Assembly: GCA_016176415.1 (NCBI GenBank)
Contig: JACOXH010000003.1
Location: forward strand, 12,419 to 76,418
Reading direction: 5' to 3'
From: Candidatus Daviesbacteria bacterium
GTDB taxonomy: Bacteria; Patescibacteriota; Microgenomatia; Daviesbacterales; UBA10151
Length of the DNA stretch: 64,000 nt
Position numbers and translations under genes: made by a program. Shown here in pieces: positions 17,724 to 26,233 of this stretch. The notes under the pieces are model-generated. The model searched no databases, had not been told where the DNA came from, and was given only the letters and a program-made list of their open reading frames with translations. How positions within the stretch are numbered: the stretch's first letter is position 1; each line of letters starts with the position of its first letter.

Positions 17724-17942
17724 ATGGCACGAGTAACTTTTAATTCAATTTTTATTCAACACCCTGATGGAAGCCTAGAACCGAGACAACGTATAAGAAT
17801 AAGTGGTATTGAATTGGGTCCTGGCGTCAGATTTACTAGAGGCGCATCCTTCGCTGGCATAGATTTTACTCAATTCATAGGTAGAGATTTGGATATTGGT
17901 ATTGGCGATGGAGGGATAGTTATTATTAAAGGAATTTATTAG
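17724..17942 (+). CDS. Hypothetical small protein within the RM locus
   Basis: 72-aa ORF tightly packed between neighbours. Confidence 0.55.
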   Translation: MARVTFNSIFIQHPDGSLEPRQRIRISGIELGPGVRFTRGASFAGIDFTQFIGRDLDIGIGDGGIVIIKGIY

Positions 17943-17944
17943 AA

Positions 17945-18283
17945 ATGGCAAAGAGTAGACCAGAAATTGTTATATCTTCGGGTAAAAAAGATCAACCTGC
18001 AGTTAAATTACCACCAGACCCCAATCAAATTATAGCTGATAGATATGATTTTCAGACAAAGATAATACTTGCAATTTTTGTGATAGCTTTCATTACAATG
18101 ATAGTTATGGTTGCTACTCTTGTGATAGACTCATTTCATATAAATTCAACAATTTATAAAGAATATTCGGATAAAAATGATGTAATAAAAAGTCTACAAG
18201 AAAGCAATAAAATTCTTTTAGAAACCGTTCAGCAAAACCAAAAAATTATAGAAGAATTTATTAATAAAAATTCTAAACAATAA
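17945..18283 (+). CDS. Hypothetical single-TM coiled-coil protein
   Basis: 112 aa with one hydrophobic segment. Confidence 0.55.
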   Translation: MAKSRPEIVISSGKKDQPAVKLPPDPNQIIADRYDFQTKIILAIFVIAFITMIVMVATLVIDSFHINSTIYKEYSDKNDVIKSLQESNKILLETVQQNQKIIEEFINKNSKQ

Positions 18284-18285
18284 AT

Positions 18286-20769
18286 ATGGAACTTAAGGAA
18301 TATCAGCAAAAAGCATTAAAGCAGGTTAGATCATTTTTGACTGTTTTATCAAATGAAGTTAAAGCAGGGAATTTAAAACATGCTTCTGAAGATGCATGGG
18401 AAGCTATTGAACTGAAAAGTTATACAGAAAGCAGAAACGGGCTAGATAAAGACCTTCCAAATTTTTGTTTAAAAATTCCAACGGGTGGAGGAAAAACGCT
18501 GCTTGCCGTTAGGGTTATTGACCTTGTTAATCAAATTTATTTGCAAAAAAGAAATGGTTTAGTGCTTTGGATTGTACCGACAACTCAAATCTATAACCAA
18601 ACCATTAAAAATTTAAGGAATAAGGAGCATCCCTACAGACAATATCTTGACATAGCCAGTGGCGGGAAAACTTTGATTATAGAAAAGACAGAAAAGTTTA
18701 CCCCTTTAGATATTGAGGAAAACTTAGTGGTTTTAATGTTAATGCTGCCTTCGGCTTCCAGAAGTAATAAAGAAGCACTGAAGGTTTTTAGGGATAGTGG
18801 TGGTTTTACCGACTTTTTTCCTGGGGAAGATGATAGAAAAGGTCAACAAGAACTTCTTGCAAAGGCACCTAATTTAGATGCCTTTGGAGATGATCAGGAT
18901 TTTTGGGGAAGGCAAATAAAAACTTCTTTAGGAAATGTAATTAGAGTACTTAACCCTTTAGTAATTTTAGATGAAAGCCACAAAGGTAAAAGTCCAATCG
19001 CAGAGGATACATTATCTAATCTTAACCCTTCAATGGTGGTTGAATTATCTGCTACACCACACGAAGAAAGTAATATTTTGGTGGATATTTTAGGGAAAGA
19101 ATTGAATCAGGAAGAAATGATTAAGTTGGACTTGCATGTAATTAACAAAGCAAGTACTGAGTGGAAAAATACCATGCTTGCCAGTAAAGATAAACTGGAT
19201 TTGCTGGACCAAAAGGCAAGAGAACATGAAGCAAATACAGGGGTTTATATAAGGCCTATTTGTTTAATTCAGGCGGAGAGAACCGGAAAAGATCAAAGAG
19301 ACGGCAGGTATATACATTCAGAAGATGTTAAGGAATATTTAATTAAAGGCCTGGGAATACCGGAGGAGGAAATAGCAATTAAAACCAGTGAAAAGGATGA
19401 GCTGAAACAAATTGATGATATTGGCGGTTTGATGTCTAAAGATGCCAAGATTCGCTATATTATTACAAAACAGGCGTTGCAAGAGGGATGGGATTGTGCA
19501 TTTGCTTATGTATTAACAATATTAACAAATCCATCCTCTAGAAATGCTTTAACTCAGCTGGTTGGAAGAATTTTGAGACAGCCTTATGCCAGAAAAACAA
19601 AAGTTGAGGCATTGGATGAGAGTTATGTTTTTTGTTTTCAGCAAAGAGGTACTATTTTACTGGACGAGATAAGAAAAGGTTTCGGTCAAGAAGGATTGGG
19701 AGATCTGCAAAGTAAGGTAACAATAAGCGAAGAAGCAGAAGCAAGGGATAAAGAAAAGAAAACTTATGCAGTTAGAGATAGGTTCAAAGGGTTAGTAGAT
19801 GATGTTATTCTGCCATTTTTTCTTACCAAAGATATGGATAATTGGAGATTAATTGAGTATGAAACAGATATTTTAATTAATGTGGACTGGAAAAAAGTCA
19901 ATCTTAAAGAGCTTTTCAATTTAAGTTTATCTACCTCAGAAGAACAGGATAAGGAGCATATAACCAATCTTTCAGAAGATGTTAAGGAGTTAATAGAGCA
20001 GAAACAGATAATCCGTTTAAAAGAGGGTGGTTTAGTCCTGGATCCTGTATTCATAGCCCGACAATTATTGGAAATAATACCTAACCCTTGGATGGCCTAT
20101 GAGATAGGAGAAAAAGTTTTGTCTAATTTGCATAAAAAGTATGATATCAAACGCATAATTAATAATTTAGTTTTTATTATTGAAGAGACGAAAAAACAAT
20201 TAGAACGGGAACGTGACAGATTAGCACAAGAGGAATTTATGAAACTACTTGTAGTAAAAAGGATTAAGTTTATGGTTGCCGGAAACAATATAGGGTTTAA
20301 GATAAAGAAGGAATACAAAGCTAATGTCAATGCAAGAAGGCTAAATAATCAGGATGGAGCGCCCCTGCAGAAAAGTCTGTTTGAATTTTTAGAAGAGGAT
20401 GAATTAAATGAGGATGAGAAGAGTGTGGCTTGGTATTTAGAGGAGCAAGAGAAATTGCTTTTTTGGTATAGGAATTTAGCAAGAACAGATTATCCAATAC
20501 AAGGCTGGAGAAAACAAAAAATTTATCCGGACTTTGTTTTTACAAGTTCAGAAGACCAGAAAGATATTGATGAAATCTTTGTGGTTGAAACTAAAGGTAT
20601 ACATTTGAAGGAAAGTGATGATACTAAGTATAAAAGGTCAGTCCTGGAGATATGTAATACCCAAGCAAAATCTGAAAGTTTTATAAAGTTGTTTGGAGAT
20701 AAAAAAATTCATTATGAATTAGTATACGGGGATGAATGGGAAAGAAAACTAAACGAGTTATTAAGCTGA
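18286..20769 (+). CDS. res: Type III restriction helicase/endonuclease (Res)
   Basis: IPTGGGKT, DESH, SAT, LQEGWD and QLVGRILR helicase motifs; C-terminal YPDF..ETKG nuclease motif. Confidence 0.9.
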   Translation: MELKEYQQKALKQVRSFLTVLSNEVKAGNLKHASEDAWEAIELKSYTESRNGLDKDLPNFCLKIPTGGGKTLLAVRVIDLVNQIYLQKRNGLVLWIVPTTQIYNQTIKNLRNKEHPYRQYLDIASGGKTLIIEKTEKFTPLDIEENLVVLMLMLPSASRSNKEALKVFRDSGGFTDFFPGEDDRKGQQELLAKAPNLDAFGDDQDFWGRQIKTSLGNVIRVLNPLVILDESHKGKSPIAEDTLSNLNPSMVVELSATPHEESNILVDILGKELNQEEMIKLDLHVINKASTEWKNTMLASKDKLDLLDQKAREHEANTGVYIRPICLIQAERTGKDQRDGRYIHSEDVKEYLIKGLGIPEEEIAIKTSEKDELKQIDDIGGLMSKDAKIRYIITKQALQEGWDCAFAYVLTILTNPSSRNALTQLVGRILRQPYARKTKVEALDESYVFCFQQRGTILLDEIRKGFGQEGLGDLQSKVTISEEAEARDKEKKTYAVRDRFKGLVDDVILPFFLTKDMDNWRLIEYETDILINVDWKKVNLKELFNLSLSTSEEQDKEHITNLSEDVKELIEQKQIIRLKEGGLVLDPVFIARQLLEIIPNPWMAYEIGEKVLSNLHKKYDIKRIINNLVFIIEETKKQLERERDRLAQEEFMKLLVVKRIKFMVAGNNIGFKIKKEYKANVNARRLNNQDGAPLQKSLFEFLEEDELNEDEKSVAWYLEEQEKLLFWYRNLARTDYPIQGWRKQKIYPDFVFTSSEDQKDIDEIFVVETKGIHLKESDDTKYKRSVLEICNTQAKSESFIKLFGDKKIHYELVYGDEWERKLNELLS

Positions 20770-20827
20770 TAAACTGTACGACCTAACGCCAGAGGAGATT
20801 AAAATTGTGGAGGTTAATACAAAATAA
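20770..20827 (+). repeat. Intergenic repeat encoding KLYDLTPEEIKIVE (methyltransferase C-terminal-like motif), copy 1
   Basis: TAAACTGTACGACCTAACGCCAGAGGAGATTAAAATTGTGGAGG directly after the res stop codon. Confidence 0.7.
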
Positions 20828-21483
20828 CTTTTTATTTAAAGGCAAAACAAAGGGGAAATAAAGGAGAGGCTCTTGTTGAAAGTGTTTTATCTGAACATGC
20901 AATAGTGCATAAAATCGATGGTTCAAAAGATGTTGGTATTGACATGATTTGTGAGTGGGTTAATGGAGAAAAACCAACACAAATAATGTTCGGAGTTCAG
21001 GTTAAAACTTTAAACATAAAACTTACGCCCAGAAGGGAAAAAAGTAAAAGAAATTTCTTAGAGGAATACGAGGGAAATGTCTCAATCAAACAAACAACCC
21101 TAGGTTATTGGAAAGGCTTTGATTTTCCAGTTTTTGTATTTTTAGTAGATCTAAAAAATTCAAAAATTTATTTCAAAAGGTATACTTCAATTGTTCATAG
21201 TTTAATAAAACATACAAAGGAACCTTTTTATCTGGTAACAGAAAATGGTAAGTTTCAAGCTTATGTCCAAGGAAAAGAGCATACATTTGGATTTTGTCGG
21301 GATTTATTTTTTGATCACCTTCGTTGTCAACACAATAAAGGCATATTAAGCGGAATAGATCCTAATGATTTAGACTTAAGGGGTTGGACTAAAGAAGCTC
21401 TTTATAAAGGGGTGTTTGATCAATACAAAGACAAAATCCGCGCTACATATAGAAGGTATCAAAAATGGAGCAAGTTTTTTTAA
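20824..21483 (+). CDS. DUF4365-like PD-(D/E)XK nuclease-domain protein
   Basis: QRGNKGE..DVGID..FGVQVK motifs; frame is open from 20818, so the start may be ATA at 20824 rather than GTG at 20905. Confidence 0.7.
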   Translation: MTFYLKAKQRGNKGEALVESVLSEHAIVHKIDGSKDVGIDMICEWVNGEKPTQIMFGVQVKTLNIKLTPRREKSKRNFLEEYEGNVSIKQTTLGYWKGFDFPVFVFLVDLKNSKIYFKRYTSIVHSLIKHTKEPFYLVTENGKFQAYVQGKEHTFGFCRDLFFDHLRCQHNKGILSGIDPNDLDLRGWTKEALYKGVFDQYKDKIRATYRRYQKWSKFF

Positions 21484-21484
21484 G

Positions 21485-21539
21485 TAAACTCTACGGCCTG
21501 AATTCAGAGAAAATTAAGATTCTAGAAAATAACATATAA
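21485..21539 (+). repeat. Intergenic repeat encoding KLYGLNSEKIKILE, copy 2
   Basis: TAAACTCTACGGCCTGAATTCAGAGAAAATTAAGATTCTAGAA, 1 nt after the DUF4365 stop codon. Confidence 0.65.
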
Positions 21540-21543
21540 AAAA

Positions 21544-21942
21544 ATGAACAATTCTGACAGGTCACAGCTCTACAAAGAAGAGATTAAATTTATTTTCAGC
21601 AGAAAAGGATCCGATGTAAGGCGTGCGACAGTGATCTCTGCATTTATAGAATGGCAGATATTCTCTTTAGCAAGTCATTTTCTAGAGAAACGGAAGGTCG
21701 CACATAAGCCAGAACCTAATCAAGAATACAATCAGTCGTTTAATGTTTTAAAAGTAAATAAAATACTTGCGTTGATAGAACTTGAAAAAATACAAAAATT
21801 CCGCAGAGAAAGAAATAAATCTATCCACAGCATATTTAAAGGTATGACACGTATTGAATGGGAAAGACAAAATAAACTCGTAATAGAACTCGGGAGACCT
21901 ATTGTGAAAGCACTTGATAAGAAACTATATTCGTTAACGTAA
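21544..21942 (+). CDS. Hypothetical protein, possibly HEPN-like
   Basis: 132 aa; RNKSIH matches the HEPN RxxxxH motif. Confidence 0.5.
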   Translation: MNNSDRSQLYKEEIKFIFSRKGSDVRRATVISAFIEWQIFSLASHFLEKRKVAHKPEPNQEYNQSFNVLKVNKILALIELEKIQKFRRERNKSIHSIFKGMTRIEWERQNKLVIELGRPIVKALDKKLYSLT

Positions 21943-21985
21943 TTATTTAGGAATGGCGTACAATTGGGATTGATTAATTTAGCTT

Positions 21986-22105
21986 CCCACCCTCCAGGTA
22001 TTATAACTTCACACCCGCCAAAGGCGGGCAAGCCTGGGGAGTTTTATTAATAGGACAACTCATTCGAGTCTGAGCGACGAGGTCGCTAGACCTCAGAGTC
22101 GAAGA
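21986..22105. repeat. Cluster of degenerate palindromic elements at the island's right end
   Basis: cccgccaaaggcggg hairpin and gtctgagcga-[cgaggtcgctagacctcag]-agtcgaagac (family B with an insert). Confidence 0.55.
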
Positions 22106-22172
22106 CCACCTGTCCCATTAGGCTGCTGTTGATGTTTACAATTTGTATTAAATCTGTAATGATGTATATAAA

Positions 22173-22673
22173 GTGAAACTGCCTGTAAATATCTTTAAAC
22201 TGGTTGCATCTATTGCCCTTTGCCAGTCTGCCGGGATAATAGGCTCTTTTTTTACTGTTTCTTCCATCTCAAACTGGTATAACTTACTAAATCAGCCCTC
22301 ATTTAGACCTCCAAACTTTCTTTTTGGTCCTGTTTGGATAACACTTTATACCCTTATGGGCATCTCCTTTTACTTAATCTGGATTAAATTAGGAGATAAA
22401 AAATACAGTAAAAAAGCAAAACTCATAAAGCTGTCCTTAGTAATTTTTTTAATACACCTCTTCTTTAATGCCACCTGGTCAATTGTCTTTTTTGGCTTAC
22501 ACAATATCTTTTTAGCTCTAATAAATATTCTGGTTATCTGGGTGTTTATAGTGATTTTGATTAGTAAGTTTTGGAGTTTAGATAAAAGAGCATCTGTTCT
22601 GCTGATTCCATACCTGGCTTGGGTAAGCTTCGCCACCATCTTAAACTACAGCATCTGGATTTTAAACAGATGA
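22173..22673 (+). CDS. tspO: TspO/MBR family membrane protein
   Basis: WYNLLNQPSFRPPNFLFGPVWITLY, NATWSIVFFG and PYLAWVSFATILN motifs. Confidence 0.92.
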   Translation: MKLPVNIFKLVASIALCQSAGIIGSFFTVSSISNWYNLLNQPSFRPPNFLFGPVWITLYTLMGISFYLIWIKLGDKKYSKKAKLIKLSLVIFLIHLFFNATWSIVFFGLHNIFLALINILVIWVFIVILISKFWSLDKRASVLLIPYLAWVSFATILNYSIWILNR

Positions 22674-22703
22674 AACTTTAAAATTTTTAGCTTCATACTG
22701 AAA

Positions 22704-23264
22704 TTACTCGGTTTTGCCGGTGAGGAGAGCGTCAATAATATCATGAGGTAACGCGGCAGCATTAAGTAAAGCTTTTCGAACGATTCCACCTGTTTCTGAT
22801 CCTATTTCATCTGCTGCCCTAAGGGTTCCCATTACCGCGCTCCTGGCCAGTTCTCCTGAGTCTGCACCAATGTCGCCTGCTGCTTTAATTGCTCCCTGTA
22901 CAGAAGATATAGCCACTTCTCCTACATCTTCACCAACTTTAGAGGCTGTTCTAACAGCTTGTGAAGCTGCTTCTCCTGCCGCTTCCGTGGTATTTACACC
23001 TGTATCTTTTGCTCCATCAATAACTCCTCTTACCAAACCTGTAACTCCATCAGTCAGGGATGCTCCTGTTGAGGAGACAGCTTCTAAACCTTCACCTACT
23101 ACATCATCAACAGTTTGAAGGCCTGTGACAGCTACATCTCCCGCTCCAGATATAAGTTTGACAACATTTTTCCTGGCTACATCCTGAACAGTTGAGGCAA
23201 CATCACCGGCACCGGATACTACAGAAGAAAGAGCATTTTTTAAATCATCAGTCAAATTTGCCAT
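22704..23264 (-). CDS. Ala/Gly/Val-rich repetitive amphipathic protein of unknown function
   Basis: 186 aa with quasi-periodic AGDV/GAIKAAGDIG units. Confidence 0.7.
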   Translation of the reverse strand: MANLTDDLKNALSSVVSGAGDVASTVQDVARKNVVKLISGAGDVAVTGLQTVDDVVGEGLEAVSSTGASLTDGVTGLVRGVIDGAKDTGVNTTEAAGEAASQAVRTASKVGEDVGEVAISSVQGAIKAAGDIGADSGELARSAVMGTLRAADEIGSETGGIVRKALLNAAALPHDIIDALLTGKTE

Positions 23265-23563
23265 TATAATTACACTAACACAACAAAAACTTTCCTGTCA
23301 ACTAAAAACCATTTTTCATTTAACACATATGGTAAATTATTAGTATGAAGGAATTTATTTTTTTGCTATATTTTAAGCGGCTGATTTGTTTGCTGAAGTA
23401 AATCACAATAATAATTTGTAAAAGGGCAGCCATGTAAACCCCCAAAAGCGAGAAAAAATTTCGTTGTTGTCTCCTAAAAAAAGAGGTATCAAAACTACTG
23501 AATCATCCAGGTAAGTAATAAAAGAAATGACAAATGAACAATAGCTTTCAAATTTTGCAGGCT

Positions 23564-23821
23564 TTAAGCCTGCAAAAGTTTATAAACCCGCATAAAAATC
23601 CAGCCGATCACCCAGGCAGTAACACCTGATGAGATTAAACCGGTGATAACAGATGATGCGGTGATCTCTAGGGCAGCTGTTTTAGTCAATTCTATACCAT
23701 GAAACCATGACCGGGCTACGGCAAAAGAAGCGTCAGGGAATAAAGCTACCAAAATCAGACATGCCACATATACAATAGCAGTAGTTACGGCTAAAGCATT
23801 CGGAATTACGTACGCTTTCAT
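23564..23821 (-). CDS. Small two-TM membrane protein (DUF5676-like)
   Basis: YVACLILVALFP..SWFHG pattern; AGGAGGTG ribosome-binding site. Confidence 0.7.
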   Translation of the reverse strand: MKAYVIPNALAVTTAIVYVACLILVALFPDASFAVARSWFHGIELTKTAALEITASSVITGLISSGVTAWVIGWIFMRVYKLLQA

Positions 23822-23825
23822 ATTC

Positions 23826-24497
23826 TCACCTCCTTACTGTTAATTTAATACCCAAAAGATATTCATAAATTGGCCCAAGTAGGGCTCCGACTCCAAATGC
23901 CCAGACAATCTCCTCAAGAGGAACACCTAAAATAATAAGTCCTGAAAGATTATTTATATTCCAATGCATGATAAAGTCAGGGATGAAGAAAGCAAATATT
24001 GAAAAGAACAGGAAATAAAAAAGCCCAAAGAGTAAGCCTGAATAAATAACTTTTTTTATAAGGTCTGGTCTGGTAACAGCGATAAGGGCAATATTTATTA
24101 TTATCCCGATATATACAGCATACATGAAGTTTATCTTAAATATTGTGTATGTCAGGAAGATAGCTATTACACCTGTCCCTAAAAGCAAGCCATGGAAAAT
24201 TCCTCCATTAAAACAATCACAAAGCCTTTGATGTTTAACCCTACCCTTCATAAATAGTTCATAAATTACTGCTACTATGCCGCCTACAGCAAAGGTAAAG
24301 ATAAAGTCTTCTATAGAAAGCTTGGGATTGCCAATAGTATCGGGAAGCCAGTAGCCGGGAACAAAGAAGACTTCGGATAAAGCGGCAGGAGTAACAATAA
24401 GGCTTGCTATGAGCATTTCTTTTCTTAATTTCTTTTGAGAAATAAAAATTAAAAGCCAAATGGCAAGTAGAAGCAGTGAGCCGAGCAGATAGTGCAT
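23826..24497 (-). CDS. Lycopene cyclase-domain membrane protein
   Basis: Duplicated SIEDFIFTF / PLEEIVWAF motifs; multiple TM segments. Confidence 0.65.
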   Translation of the reverse strand: MHYLLGSLLLLAIWLLIFISQKKLRKEMLIASLIVTPAALSEVFFVPGYWLPDTIGNPKLSIEDFIFTFAVGGIVAVIYELFMKGRVKHQRLCDCFNGGIFHGLLLGTGVIAIFLTYTIFKINFMYAVYIGIIINIALIAVTRPDLIKKVIYSGLLFGLFYFLFFSIFAFFIPDFIMHWNINNLSGLIILGVPLEEIVWAFGVGALLGPIYEYLLGIKLTVRR

Positions 24498-24522
24498 ATA
24501 TTTAGTGTATCATCATAATTTT

Positions 24523-25923
24523 TCAGATACAGCAACTTAATTTAGAGATATCCTTAGTAAAGGATAAGGCGGCAATTTTAATAGCCTCTGAAAGAGTCGG
24601 AAACATGGGTAAAGAATTTATCACATCATCAATTGTATTTTTGTTTTTAATTAGCATCATGGCTTCTGCAATAAGTTCTCCAGCATTGGGAGCTAAGATA
24701 TGCACACCCATAATCTGTTTTGTTTCAGGATGGATAGCCATTTTAATAAGTCCTTCTGTACGATTTAGGATTAATGCTTTTGGGACATCTTTGAAAGATA
24801 CAGTCTTGCACATACACGTACCAAATTTTTCCATTTGTTCATCTTCTGTAAAACCCACTCCTGCAAGCTGCGGATCAGTAAAAATAGTCCAGGGGGCACT
24901 TTTATAATCTATGCTATTTTGAGTATTCTTTAAAGCATTTTCTGTGGCCAGTGTTCCTTCCCGTCCGGCCGTTGTTTCAAGACGAAGCGGAGCATTCGTG
25001 ACATCTCCCACTGCATAAATATGAAGTTGTGAAGTTTGGAATTGTGCGTTTACTTTTATCGCCTGCTTCTCATCAATCTCAACGCCTGCCTTATTAAGAG
25101 CTAATCTTTCGGTATTTGGAGTTTTGCCTACAGCCAGTAAGATCTCCTGTCCTGATATTTCTTCCTGCTGATCGTGAGTTTTGTAAGTAACAATCTTTTT
25201 GTTTCCCTCTTTTCGGGCACTCTTTACCTGAATATCTGTTTTAATAGTAATTCCTTCGTTGGTAAGTATCTCGGTGAGTCTTGTTGTTAATTCTTCTTCT
25301 CCCCGGAAAATGGATGGTCCCCGATGAAGAATGGTAACTTTCGTTCCAAAACGGGCATACATCTGGGCAAACTCAAGTCCTACCGGACCAGCTCCTATAA
25401 CAATAAGTTCTTTGGGTTGCTGCTTCATTTTCAAAGCCTCAATATGCGTTACAAAACCGGTCTCCTTTATGCCTTCAATTGGCACAACAGTTGCAGTCGA
25501 ACCGGTCGCAACAATAAACTTTCCGGCAGTATACTTTTGTCCATTAACTTCTATCTCACTTGAAGAAACAAAGCTTGCTTTTCCTTCTACATAAGTAATA
25601 TTTTCTAACTGGCTTAATACTTTTTCGTATTTTTCATTCCTAAGTTTTGTTACTAAATCAAGTTCGTGTTGGATAACTGTAGCAAAATCAAAGTTTTTAA
25701 CCTTAATTTCTAATCCCGGAATACCATGATTTCTTGCCTGATGCATTACTTCGCCTGCCCAAAGAAGAGTTTTTGAAGGTACACAGCCTACATTTACACA
25801 AGTACCACCAAGAGGTAGGCCCTTATTCACCATTAAAGTTTTTGCACCAAGTTCATTTGCTTTGATAGCTGATGCAAAAGCTCCTGCACCCCCACCGATA
25901 ATAATTAAGTTATATTGCTCCAT
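24523..25923 (-). CDS. merA: Mercuric reductase lacking the NmerA domain
   Basis: GGGAG, GGTCVNVGCVPSK, PWTIFTDPQ and C-terminal SCCI; likely start MEQYNL at 25923. Confidence 0.88.
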   Translation of the reverse strand: MEQYNLIIIGGGAGAFASAIKANELGAKTLMVNKGLPLGGTCVNVGCVPSKTLLWAGEVMHQARNHGIPGLEIKVKNFDFATVIQHELDLVTKLRNEKYEKVLSQLENITYVEGKASFVSSSEIEVNGQKYTAGKFIVATGSTATVVPIEGIKETGFVTHIEALKMKQQPKELIVIGAGPVGLEFAQMYARFGTKVTILHRGPSIFRGEEELTTRLTEILTNEGITIKTDIQVKSARKEGNKKIVTYKTHDQQEEISGQEILLAVGKTPNTERLALNKAGVEIDEKQAIKVNAQFQTSQLHIYAVGDVTNAPLRLETTAGREGTLATENALKNTQNSIDYKSAPWTIFTDPQLAGVGFTEDEQMEKFGTCMCKTVSFKDVPKALILNRTEGLIKMAIHPETKQIMGVHILAPNAGELIAEAMMLIKNKNTIDDVINSLPMFPTLSEAIKIAALSFTKDISKLSCCI

Positions 25924-25924
25924 C

Positions 25925-25953
25925 TTGACACATACCCCCCAGGGGTGTATATT
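25925..25953 (+). promoter_or_regulatory. csoR promoter with a CsoR-type operator in the spacer
   Basis: TTGACA-17 nt-TATATT; operator ATACCCCCCAGGGGTGTAT at 25932-25950. Confidence 0.8.
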
Positions 25954-25963
25954 AACAGAATAT

Positions 25964-26233
25964 ATGAAAAGCAGTATGGATGTCAAGCAAGAGGAGCGTA
26001 AGAGGATAAATATCATCAAAGGGCAGCTGGATGGCCTTTTGAAAATGATTGAAGAAGATAAATACTGCATTGATGTGTTAAATCAAAGCCTGGCTATTCA
26101 AAATTCCATCAAAAGTCTGGATTCTTTAATTTTGGAAAAACATTTAAAAACTCACGTTGCAGATCAGTTTAATAAAGAAAGAGAAAAAGCAGTTGAGGAA
26201 CTTTTAAAGCTTTTCGGGAGAATACACCAATAA
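25964..26233 (+). CDS. csoR: CsoR/RcnR family metal-sensing repressor
   Basis: [35 protein letters not shown]. Confidence 0.88.
   Translation: MKSSMDVKQEERKRINIIKGQLDGLLKMIEEDKYCIDVLNQSLAIQNSIKSLDSLILEKHLKTHVADQFNKEREKAVEELLKLFGRIHQ

Noticed and set aside
15368-22105. Integron or prophage interpretation of the island
   Set aside because: No integrase, attC-like sites, phage genes or duplicated tRNA end were found
23290-23560. AT-rich gap as a possible ncRNA or small gene
   Set aside because: No convincing structure or coding signal could be supported by eye
25862-26070. Overlapping long N-termini of merA and csoR in the ORF track
   Set aside because: Homology motifs begin at 25923 and 25964, and a promoter/operator occupies the gap
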